A DNA stretch of 64,000 nt from an uncultured Planctomycetota bacterium. Lineage in GTDB: Bacteria; Planctomycetota; Planctomycetia; Isosphaerales; Isosphaeraceae. A program made the translations under genes and the position numbers. The stretch is taken from the NCBI GenBank assembly GCA_963845755.1, contig CAWJTV010000006.1:74265-138264 (forward strand). Direction: 5' to 3'. This document shows, piece after piece, positions 9,228-18,800 of this stretch. The notes beneath the pieces are model-generated. The model saw only the letters and a list, made by a program, of their open reading frames with translations, was not told the DNA's origin and made no database searches. Every line of letters starts with the position of its first letter. Position 1 is the first letter of the stretch.

Positions 9228-10775
9228 ATGAAGACGCTGTCGCGCTTCGTCACCAAGTTTACCAGCTTGATCGTCGCCGTGCTCTCGTGTTTTGATCGCG
9301 TCCTCTTCAAGGGCTATCTGCCCTTCACCAACGGGCCGGCCCTCGAAGGCTTCGTCAACCACGTCCTCAAGATCAAGCGTTGCGACTTCATGGCCTTCGC
9401 CGAGAAGCAGTCCGAGGCCCTGGTCAACTTCGCCAAGCGGATGGCCCAGGAGGCCGGCGCCGAATACCGCTATCTTCAGGGCTTCCACCGCAAGGACAAA
9501 CTGGTCGATGACATCCTCCGACAACGACCGATCTTCGAAGGCTTGGTCTGCGTCTTCTGTTGCATGGAATGCTGCACCAGCTTTCGGTTGGTTCACGGCA
9601 AGGATCGCCCCCGCCTGGTCAATGCACGCCGGCAACAGCGCGTCTTGTACTTCTACTTCCTCGATCCGGACTTGGGCCTGATCTACATCCGGCTGACGAC
9701 CTGGTTCCCGTTCACTGCCCAGGTCTACGTCAACGGCCACTCCTGGCTGGAAAAGCAGCTACTCCAACAGCGGCTGGGATTCGATCTGAAAGACAATGCC
9801 TTCACGGCCCTGGACGATCCCACGGCCGCCCAGGAGTTGGCCGATTCGTTCGCCCAGTTGAACTGGGCCAAGATCCTCAACCGCCTGGTGCGCCAGGTCA
9901 ATCCTTTGATGAACGAGCGGTGGTTTCGCAGCTACAGCTATTATGGGGTCGTCAACCAAGCCGAGTATGCCACCGACTTGATCTTCACCGGCCGCGAGGC
10001 GTTGGCTGGTCTTTATCCGCGGCTGCTGGACCACGCCGCGGTCAACTTCTCGGCGAAAGAGATCTTGAGTTTCCTGGGGCGGAGATTCCATCCGCGGTTC
10101 GAGGGGGAGGTGCTGACGGATTGCCAGAAGGGTCGTTGGCCCGGGGCGCGAATCAAGCACCGGATGAAGAACAATTGGCTGAAGATGTACGACAAATTCG
10201 GCTGGGTGCTGCGGATCGAGACGGTGATCAATAACCCGTCCGAGTTTCGGGTGCGGCGGCTACGGCCCCGTCAAGGGCGCCGGGAGATGGTCTGGTGCCC
10301 GATGAACAAAGGGGTGATCAACCTGTATCGCTACCGCGAGGTGGCATTGGCGTCGAACCGCCGCTACCTGGACGCGTTGGCGGTGGTGGACGATCCGGCG
10401 CCGGCTTATCGACAGGTCGAGGAGCTGACCGAACCGGTGGTGGTCTCCGGGCGAAGTCATGCCGGGTTCAACCCGGCCAGCGCCGGAGACGTGAAGTGGT
10501 TCCAGGCGGTGCTCCGGGGCGAGAACTTGCTGCGTGGCTTCCGCAACGCCGACATCCGAGAGGCGGTGTACGGCTCGACCGAGGATGCCGGGGAGCGGCG
10601 TCGCCAAAGCCACGCGGTAGGTCGCCTGCTGAAGCGATTGCACGTGCGCGGGTTGATTGTGAAGGTGCCTCACAGCCATCGGTGGCACGTCAGCCCGAAG
10701 GGGCATCAGATGCTCGGTGCCATCGTGCGGTTGTACCATGATGGAGTCCCGGCAGCGGTCGGTCGAGCGGCGTAA
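9228..10775 (+). CDS. Putative transposase/replication-initiator-like protein with C-terminal winged HTH (element 1)
   Basis: AAGGAG RBS; motifs FDRVLFKGY, YVNGHSWL, QAEYATDLIF, KMYDKFGWVLRIETVIN, LKRLHVRGLIVK. Confidence 0.8.
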   Translation: MKTLSRFVTKFTSLIVAVLSCFDRVLFKGYLPFTNGPALEGFVNHVLKIKRCDFMAFAEKQSEALVNFAKRMAQEAGAEYRYLQGFHRKDKLVDDILRQRPIFEGLVCVFCCMECCTSFRLVHGKDRPRLVNARRQQRVLYFYFLDPDLGLIYIRLTTWFPFTAQVYVNGHSWLEKQLLQQRLGFDLKDNAFTALDDPTAAQELADSFAQLNWAKILNRLVRQVNPLMNERWFRSYSYYGVVNQAEYATDLIFTGREALAGLYPRLLDHAAVNFSAKEILSFLGRRFHPRFEGEVLTDCQKGRWPGARIKHRMKNNWLKMYDKFGWVLRIETVINNPSEFRVRRLRPRQGRREMVWCPMNKGVINLYRYREVALASNRRYLDALAVVDDPAPAYRQVEELTEPVVVSGRSHAGFNPASAGDVKWFQAVLRGENLLRGFRNADIREAVYGSTEDAGERRRQSHAVGRLLKRLHVRGLIVKVPHSHRWHVSPKGHQMLGAIVRLYHDGVPAAVGRAA

Positions 10776-10919
10776 ACCGCCGAAACATGCGCGCACGGCG
10801 CAGAGATCCTACGGAGGTAGACTCTACGCTTTTTCGGGACTGCGCCGAAAAAGTGGCCCCTGCGGGGCAGTTGTCCGGCTATCATGACGCGCTGCACCTT
10901 GTGACGCAGGAGCCCTCCG

Positions 10920-12707
10920 ATGATCCTTCCTCCGCCGGGGCACCAATCGGTTCCCAAGCCCAAACCCAGGCGTCTTCCTCCACAGGGACCCAAGCGACCC
11001 AACCCCAAGTCCCATCGTCGGCGTCGGCCCAAGCCGGACCCGACTCTCTTCGGTCCCGATCCCTTGAGTCGGCATTATGCCTCCCGGCTCGAAGGCGTCT
11101 ACGATTGCATCGATCGGCTGACCATCAACGCCTACTTCCCGATCGCGCAGACTCCGGGAGGTTTTCGCACCTGGTGGCGCGACCTGTTCGACTCGGACGA
11201 CCATCTCGACAATACCCACCTGATGCGCCTGGCAGGCCGGTTCAGCCGCCGCATGCGGGGCTGGGCCAAGAAGCACGGGATTCCGGTGATCGACTGTCGC
11301 GCCGGCGAACGGAAGCATGAGATCGGCGAACAGTACCTGCCCACCGATCCCACGCGCACGGGGATCTTCTGTGTCTTGGTCAACCGCGCCCCGGCCCCCA
11401 TCTGGGACGTGCAACGCTACGGCAACGACGGGATCAACCTCCGCCGCAAGGAGCCGTTCCCTTACGTCAATCACTACTTCTTTCATATCTGGGATGCCGA
11501 CTGGGGACATCTGACCGTCCGCATGTGCGGCCACCCTCCCTTCGGCGCCCTGGTCATCCTCAACGGCCATGAATACGTGGCCAACCAGGCGACGCGGCAA
11601 GGAATCCGCTTCACCAAGGAAGGTAACTGCTTCACCGATTGGGACAATGCCGCAGACCTGAACCAGCTCGCAGATACCTTGCGCCAAGCTGGCGCGATAG
11701 GGCGGCTGGAACAGGTCCTGCGGTATTGGCTGTCTCAGTGCCTCTGTCTGGCCTTGGATGTGGCCGAACAGAAGAAGATGCACTGCCAGTACGCGTTCTC
11801 GATCTATCAGGTCGAGTACAGCCGCAACCTGCTGTTCCGGGGTGGTCGGGATCTGGAAACGGCCTTTCAGGGCCTGATCGATCGCACCCGAGCCCAGTTG
11901 GATCTCAAGAGGGTGATCACGATCTTCGGTTACAAGCACCGCCCCAACACCCGGGAACGGACCAAGCGCGACCCTCGTTTGCAAGTCGTGACCGAGAGAC
12001 CTACGTATGATCTGACGGTGTTCAAGATCCACTGCGGGAGCTTGACCCTGAAGATGTATACCAAAGGCGGCCGCGTCTGGCGGACGGAGGTGATCGTGCA
12101 CAACCTTCGAGATCAACAGCATTGGCATCGCTCGCTGTGGGCGTTGCCGGAGATCGCGGGGCACTTGAGGGACATCCTGGAGCGGTTCCTGGCGGTGGTC
12201 CGGTGCGTGGACGCCGCCACGCTGGATGATGGGACGTTGGAAGCGTTGCTCTTGCCCTCGCAGGTGGGTCGCAGCCGCGTGGCGGGGATCGATGTGAATC
12301 GCCCGCGGATGGTGGCCGTGTTGCAGGCGGTGGTGATGTTGTCGAGTCGTCCCGGTGGCCTGGTCAGCCGAGAGCTGGCGGCCCAAGTTCGGGATCTGAC
12401 GGGTCAGAGCGAGGCGGAGTACGGTCCACGACAGGCGTCGTACGACCTGAAGAAGCTGCGGGCCAAGGGGTTGGTGGAGCGTGTGCAGAAGTCGCGGCGT
12501 TACGCGGCCACGGAGTCGGGTCTTCGGACGATGGCCGCGGTGGGAATCGTGCGTGAGCAGGTGCTCAAACCGATTCTGGCCAAGGCGTGTCAGCCCGAAT
12601 CCGATCCCCCGCTCCCCCTCGAGAATCGCGGCCCGTTGGAGAATCATTATCAAGCCATCCAAGACGAAGTCCGCAAGCTGTTGCAGACCCTCAAAGTACC
12701 GGCGTAG
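10920..12707 (+). CDS. Putative transposase/replication-initiator-like protein with C-terminal winged HTH (element 2)
   Basis: IDRLTINAY, ILNGHEYV, QVEYSRNLLF, KMYTKGGRVWRTEVIVHN, YDLKKLRAKGLVER. Confidence 0.8.
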   Translation: MILPPPGHQSVPKPKPRRLPPQGPKRPNPKSHRRRRPKPDPTLFGPDPLSRHYASRLEGVYDCIDRLTINAYFPIAQTPGGFRTWWRDLFDSDDHLDNTHLMRLAGRFSRRMRGWAKKHGIPVIDCRAGERKHEIGEQYLPTDPTRTGIFCVLVNRAPAPIWDVQRYGNDGINLRRKEPFPYVNHYFFHIWDADWGHLTVRMCGHPPFGALVILNGHEYVANQATRQGIRFTKEGNCFTDWDNAADLNQLADTLRQAGAIGRLEQVLRYWLSQCLCLALDVAEQKKMHCQYAFSIYQVEYSRNLLFRGGRDLETAFQGLIDRTRAQLDLKRVITIFGYKHRPNTRERTKRDPRLQVVTERPTYDLTVFKIHCGSLTLKMYTKGGRVWRTEVIVHNLRDQQHWHRSLWALPEIAGHLRDILERFLAVVRCVDAATLDDGTLEALLLPSQVGRSRVAGIDVNRPRMVAVLQAVVMLSSRPGGLVSRELAAQVRDLTGQSEAEYGPRQASYDLKKLRAKGLVERVQKSRRYAATESGLRTMAAVGIVREQVLKPILAKACQPESDPPLPLENRGPLENHYQAIQDEVRKLLQTLKVPA

Positions 12708-12896
12708 AAACATCGACAACAAATTGTCGATGCCCGGCCCATAAGGGCCTAGCGAGGCTTCGCCTCTAACCAACTGACGCATGAAGACCGGGCTCTGGGC
12801 AAAGGGCTCCGGGGAGTCGAAAACAGAGGCAATGCCCCCGTTCCTGAAACCGCTGAGCGGTTGGTGGTCCTTCGGACCCAACCCCCGGAGCCCGTT

Positions 12897-14553
12897 ATGA
12901 GTTTACAACACGTCGCCTCCGACGTCACTGGCCGCAAGTCGGCCATGAGCTGGCCGCGCACCATCGCCGAAGTCATCGACCACCACGTGACGCTCGAACT
13001 GGAATCCCTGGATCGGGTCTATCTCAACATTTACCAGCCTCAGCTCCAAACGCCTCGGGCCGTGTTCTACTTCCTCCGCGACCATTATGGGCAGGGTGCG
13101 ATCTCATCCCATCAGATGAAGGAAATCACCGAGCGATTCCTCGACGCGATCGACCAATTTGCGGAGGACGATCAGATCCCGATCATCAGCTTCGAGAAGG
13201 GTCGGCGCAAAGAAGACCTGGCGGCCGAGTACCTGGCTCAATTCTCCGAGACCGAGGGCGTGCTCTTCATCGGAAAGGCTCAGGAGAAGGCCAGGACCTT
13301 CCGCACCGAAGGTCGGCGCAATGCCCGTGGGGAGACCTACCCTTGGATCGTCGAATCCACCGCGATGATCAATCAATATGACTTCTATGCCGTTGACGCC
13401 GACTTCGGGCTGTTCTTCCTCAAGTACAGCTCGTACTTCCCCTACGGGGCCAAGCTGTGTTTCAACGGCCATGAATATCTCAAACGTCAACTCGCCAAGG
13501 AGGGGATCGGCTACGAGGAATTGGCCAACGGGATCTTGAGCTGCGCCAACCCCCAGCGGATGCAGGAGTTGGCCGACAGTTTGACGCCGGCGCGGATCCT
13601 CTTGTTCTTGAGCAAATGGCAGAACCATCTCCCCGGTCCGTTCACCGTGGACCAGCAGCGGGCCGGGTATCGTTATCAGGCCTCGATGAGTCAGGTGGAG
13701 TTTGCCCGCACTCAGGTCTTTGATCGACCGGTGCATGGCCGGATCTTCTTCGAGGAGGTGCTCCGCGAGAACATCGACCTGGGGCGTCCCGACAACCTGC
13801 AGCTCATCTTCCAGCGGCGCGTGATCAAGACGACGCCGGGTCCGTTCCGCACCCGCGTGGTGCGCGAGGGGGTCATCCCGTCGCTGTACGTGGACTATAA
13901 GACGAGTCGTCTGAAACAGTATTTCAAAGAAGGCCGTGCGTTGCGGACGGAGCTGACCGTCAACGATGCCGGGGAGTTCGGCCTGGGTCGGAAGCTGGAG
14001 AATCTTCCCGCGTTGCGGGAGTTGGGCTTTCAAGCCACACGACGGCTATTGGACGTCGAGAAGACCAGCCAAGACTTCGCCTTCTCCGAGGCGGTGTTCC
14101 GGGAAGTGACCGGTCCGTGCCGCGTGGGCGAACAACGGGCGTCGGCCTTGCGGTTCAGTGACGAGCTGGTGCAGGCGTTGTTGAGCGTGTTGTTGGTGCT
14201 GCGGCTGTTGCCCCGGGGATTTCGCAGTGGTGATCTGCGGGAGCATCTGGCTTCACTGCTGGGGGTTGATCCCAGCCAATGGACCCAGGGCCGGCTGACG
14301 TACCAACTCCGCCGCTTGCGTCTGCACGGCCTGATTGAACGCGCCCCCGCATCCCATCGCTACACGGTGACCGCCAAGGGGCTCCGGGTGGCGATGTGGT
14401 TCACGCGGTGTCATGCGCGGTTGTTCCGGCCGGCACTCGGGGAGATCTTCGCGGAAGAGTTCCCCGACGGCACTCCGCTGCGCCGCGCTGGACCGTTTCG
14501 ATCGAGAGGTGAACCGACATATAGAGAAAGCAAAAGTTCCTGTGGCAGCTTGA
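12897..14553 (+). CDS. Putative transposase/replication-initiator-like protein with C-terminal winged HTH (element 3); 1-bp frameshift near 14488
   Basis: LDRVYLNIY, CFNGHEYL, QVEFARTQVF, KQYFKEGRALRTELTVN, YQLRRLRLHGLIER. Alternate frame gives LDRFDREVNRHIEKAKVPVAA* ending at 14553, similar to the paralog C-termini (GRAA*, KVPA*). Confidence 0.75.
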
Positions 14554-14593
14554 TCCAAAAACTTGACTCAAGTGCGCCAAATCTTCTCCTTAA

Positions 14594-15505
14594 GAGCAGC
14601 TCGGAAAAAATGAGTTCACTGGCCCAGGAGCCTCAAACAGATCAAGGAACATGCTAACTTGAGGAACGCGTCTTGAATCTCGGTGAGCCGATCCAAACGG
14701 CGGCGCAGCCGGCCGAAGGAGTGCAGCCACGCGATGGTCCGCTCTACGTACCAGCGGGACTTGCCCAAACCGCTGCCGTGCTCCGTATTGCGGGCCGCCA
14801 GCACCGGCGTGGTCCCCCGGCCGCGCAAACCCTGCCGCACCGGTTCCGAGTCGTAGCCCCGATCCCCCTGCAAGCGGTCGGGCTTCTGCCGCTTCGGCCC
14901 CGGCTTGCCGCCCACCGGCGGCATGTCGTCGAGCGTCGTGAAGACCTGGGTGATCTCGGGGACGTTGGCGGCGGTCACCGTCGCCGCCAGCGGCACGCCT
15001 TGGGCGTCGGTCATCACGTGGTGCTTGCTGCCGGATTTGCTCCGGTCCGTCGGATTCGGGCCGGTATCCTCGCCCCCTTCCGGGGCCTTGGCGAAGGAGG
15101 CGTCGATCAGCGCCCGCTCCCAGTCGATCGCGTCAGCGCCGCCGTCGAGCTCGGCCAGCAAGACGGCGTGCAACTGGCGCCAGACACCGGCCTGCTGCCA
15201 CGCCTGCAGGTAGGACCGGCAGGTCTTGCCGCAGCCGCAGCCGAGGTCGGCGGGCAAGTCGTCCCAGGCGATGCCGGTCTTGAGCACGAACAAGATGCCG
15301 GTGAGGATCTTGCGGTAGTCCAGGGGTTTGCGTCCCGGGAAGCGGAAGCGGCGCGGAGGCGGGGGTGGCAGCAAGGGCTCCAGGCGCTTCCACAGCGCAT
15401 CGGAGACAAGGGGTTTCATGGTGGTCCTCCTTCGGTTCGGGAGATCACTCTCCGAAGGACTCAAGAGCAGACAGCGTGCCAGTGGATTCATTTTTTCCGA
15501 GCGCC
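14594..15505 (-). mobile_element. IS5-family insertion sequence
   Basis: TIRs GCTCGGAAAAAATGA(GT/AT)..CACTGGC; TTAA on both flanks (14590-14593, 15506-15509). Confidence 0.88.
14616..15419 (-). CDS. IS5-family transposase
   Basis: VSDALW..LEPLLP, GILFVLKTGIAW..LP, ALIDAS, LQGDRGYD, RWYVERTIAW; GGAGG RBS. Confidence 0.92.
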   Translation of the reverse strand: MKPLVSDALWKRLEPLLPPPPPRRFRFPGRKPLDYRKILTGILFVLKTGIAWDDLPADLGCGCGKTCRSYLQAWQQAGVWRQLHAVLLAELDGGADAIDWERALIDASFAKAPEGGEDTGPNPTDRSKSGSKHHVMTDAQGVPLAATVTAANVPEITQVFTTLDDMPPVGGKPGPKRQKPDRLQGDRGYDSEPVRQGLRGRGTTPVLAARNTEHGSGLGKSRWYVERTIAWLHSFGRLRRRLDRLTEIQDAFLKLACSLICLRLLGQ

Positions 15506-15821
15506 TTAAAGGGGTCTAAGTGGCTTCGGTCGATCAGACCGAGGCAGTTCCGCATCCTGCATTTGACGTGCATTGGGCTAGGGGCTCCCGGAACCGGACT
15601 GGTGCGTTGTTTCTCGAGGTGCTTTCCCTTAGAATCGGCGTGGCGAGGGCCGTGGATACGCAAGGATCCGGCCTCGACCGCCAGGATGCGGCGCCCGAGC
15701 CCCCGTTTCGCCCTTTACGCCGATTCAGGCTGTCGTCGTCAACGCGGACGAGCTGGGCCTGGCCGAAGGCACACTGTTGTGCGTCGGCAGCAGACCGGCT
15801 CCGACGACTGGAGATCCTTTC

Positions 15822-18800
15822 ATGCGGTTGGCTTCCCGCTCTCGCCCCGGGGCGTCCCGTCGCAACAACCCGCCGGCACGGTGGCGCAAGTCACCTTCCT
15901 GCAAGCCCGACCGGGTGCATTTCCCGCGGTGGGAACGGCTGGAGGACCGGTTGTGCCCGTCCACCAACTATGTCGTGGTGGCCCAGACGGGAGACACGCC
16001 GGTTCCGGCCGACGGCTCGGGACCCGGCGAACCCCTGACGCAAGTATCCTCGGCGTCGGTCAATGATTCAGCAGCCGTTGCCTTCCTCGGGGTTTCCGAC
16101 TCCGGCTTCGGACTGGTGGACGAAGCGACGTCCGGCGCGGATGGGTCGGTCGACCTCTCGGCCCTGAGCTACGGCAATCGGGATTCCGGCTCTCCCCAGA
16201 TCGACGACAGCGGCGACGTCATCGCGACGGACTCGGTCACCACGGAGAGTGTTTCCCAGCCATTCCTGCTCGACTCGTACATTCGGACGTGGCGGCCGGA
16301 CGGCACCGATGGCTCGGGGCCTCTCGCCCACGGTTCCGCCGATTCGGTCACGCTTTCCGCGGGCAGCGACGTCGTCCTCCAGCCGACCATCTCGCCCGAC
16401 GGTACGCAGTTTGCGTATGAGGACGTGACCTGGAATGAATTGGATCTGTACATCGATGGCCACCAGGTTCCGGGGTTTTCCGCACTGTCCGGTGGCGCGG
16501 CGCTCACCGTGAGCACGCCGGGGCTCCCGGCCGTGATCGCCAACGATGGTGCCGTCGTCGTCAACTATCAAAACGCGATCGAAGTCTTCCAGCTCGGCCA
16601 ATCCCCCGTCACGATCGCCGGCGCGTACATGGGATTTTCCGGCCTGAATACCAGCCCGGGGATCAGTGCCGACGGCCAGATCGTCGTGTTTTCCGGAGAC
16701 CTGACCGCCGCCGGGGCCGCCGCACTGAACGCGGCGCAACCCGGGTTTGCGCCGCTCGAGCCAGGGCCCGGTGTGTTCGCCAGCATCGCAAATCCGTCGG
16801 GCGGACGGATCCTCGTCCAGGTCGCCGACGTGGCGGACTCCGGGAATGATATCGCCAGCTTTAGCGCGTATGATCAGGTCGGTGTCAGTCCCGTCCCCAC
16901 GGGGACCTCCGATGGGGAATCGTCGGTCCCGGTGACCTACGTCGCCTCCAACGCCTCGGGCGACAAGGAACTCTATGCCAGTCCCCTCGAATTCCAGCTC
17001 ACGAATGGTTCGGTCGACCTGACGGATCCGACCACCCTCAAGGTCTCACCGCCTGAACTGCTCCTCGCCGAGGGCGACATGATCGACGGCGTCTCCGGTA
17101 CGGTCGATGCGCGCTCTTCGTCACGGATTCTCCGAACGGAAATGACCAGATCGCCGCCTCGGTGGAAACCGGCTCCGGAGCCCAGGCGGTCCTGCGCGTT
17201 TCGCTGCCGGACGTCACGATCGACTCGGTGAAGACCACGGACTCGCGAGAAGCCATCGTCGATTACGACATCAACAACCCGGACCTGACGCAGCCCTTCT
17301 ACATCCAGATTTACCGCTCCGACCAACCCACGTTCGAGAGCGACGATCCCAACAACGTGGCGGTGGGGCAGCCGTACGCGGTCACCAACTTGCAACCAGG
17401 GCACCCTCAGACGCCTCCTTCCATCGACCTGAGTCAACAGAATAGTAACTGGGGGGCACAAGGAACCAGTCAACCGGGACAAGACAACCTGATCCTGCCC
17501 TTGGCCCCGGACCCGAGCCTTCCCTACGTCCTTGCCGTGGTGGTGGATGCTCAGGGGAAGGTACCGGCCAACTTAACGACCTACGACAGTCGAGCTCATT
17601 TCAAGATCTGGGTCATCGCCGACGTAACCTATGGATTCCAGATCACGAGCACGCCGCCGGATTGGCCCCAGCAGATGGCCGCCGCGCTCCAGGGCTTCTT
17701 GCCCGCGGGCGCGGACTACGCTTCGGCGGCATCGCCTTCAACTGGAACAGCAGCCTGTTGTCGGGGACGGGCCAAGCGGTCATCGGCGGGCACCGGCTCT
17801 ACCAGCAGATCCTGGGACAAGCCGACGCGCTCAACGCCCAGCTCGGGACCAACGACGTCATCGACGTCCACCTCATCGGCCACAGCCGGGGATCGGCAGT
17901 GATCGGCCAGGCGATGCAAGACCTGGTGAACCAGCGCTCTCCCGAGGAGCCGGCCCTCCAGGAGGGATACTATAAGCTGACCTTTCTGGATCCCCACCCG
18001 GCGAATATCCATACGTCCGTTGACGTCAGCATGGCCGCTCCGCCGCCCTTCGCCCTGGCCGCGCTCCTCATCTATTCGATTCGCAGCACCGCCTATAATG
18101 ACCCGTCCGTGACTGTTCCCAGCCGGGTCAACCAGGTGGAGGACTTATACCAGCAGAACTCCAACCTCGAGATCTTGACGACTTGCCCGTCCTGCCTCGT
18201 GCCCGATGGGGATTGGAAAGAGGCGTTCTTCAATCTCCAGGGAGATCCAACACAGATCCAGATCCAAGACCCGACGAAGACCGTCAACGCGCAATACAAC
18301 CTGAGCCCCCTGGGCCTTGGGCACAGCAACGTCTGGGAATGGTATCGGGATCACGTCATACAGACCCTCGGCACCGGGGCGGCGCCACCGTTTCCCGCCT
18401 CGTCGGGAGGCTCGGCTCCCCCGCCCGGTAACCTGAACTTGCAGCAACTCCTCTATCCCCAGTACATCGACGCTCAGGACGAAGCGACCGCGCTGGCCGG
18501 TGACCTGACGATGGCCAGCACCGACCTGGACCAGGGTAACTACTCGCAATCGATCGGCGTCTTGCAGACGTTCGTCGGTGCCGTCGGGGCGGCGCCGGCG
18601 GCGGACTTCACCCAGAATTCCGCCGGTGTCCTTGTCTCGATCGTCCAGGGACTCATCGGCGACCTCGGTTCCACGGACATCGCCAACGTCAACAGTTCCA
18701 CGGCCCAGGGCCCGAATGCCACGGCGACCGTGGCGGCCGACGATCCGGCCGATCATCAACAAATGTCGGGGACCTTGACGACCGACAGTTCCTTCACCGG

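Larger units (their letters stand above)
9117..15518 (+). mobile_element. Tandem array of three related TIR-less elements (putative Rep_trans-like rolling-circle transposons); IS5 nested in the third element's 3' end
   Basis: Three co-oriented homologous ORFs; CTA at each inferred junction (9117, 10824, 12749/12766, 15516); subterminal hairpins; no TIR or TSD. Confidence 0.65.

Noticed and set aside
10824..12881. 685-aa minus-strand ORF
   Set aside because: Antisense shadow of element 2; no motifs of its own.
9228..14553. Calling the three paralogs MarR regulators, IS91/HUH transposases or reverse transcriptases
   Set aside because: The wHTH is only the C-terminal ~100 aa; there is no conserved HUH or YADD motif.
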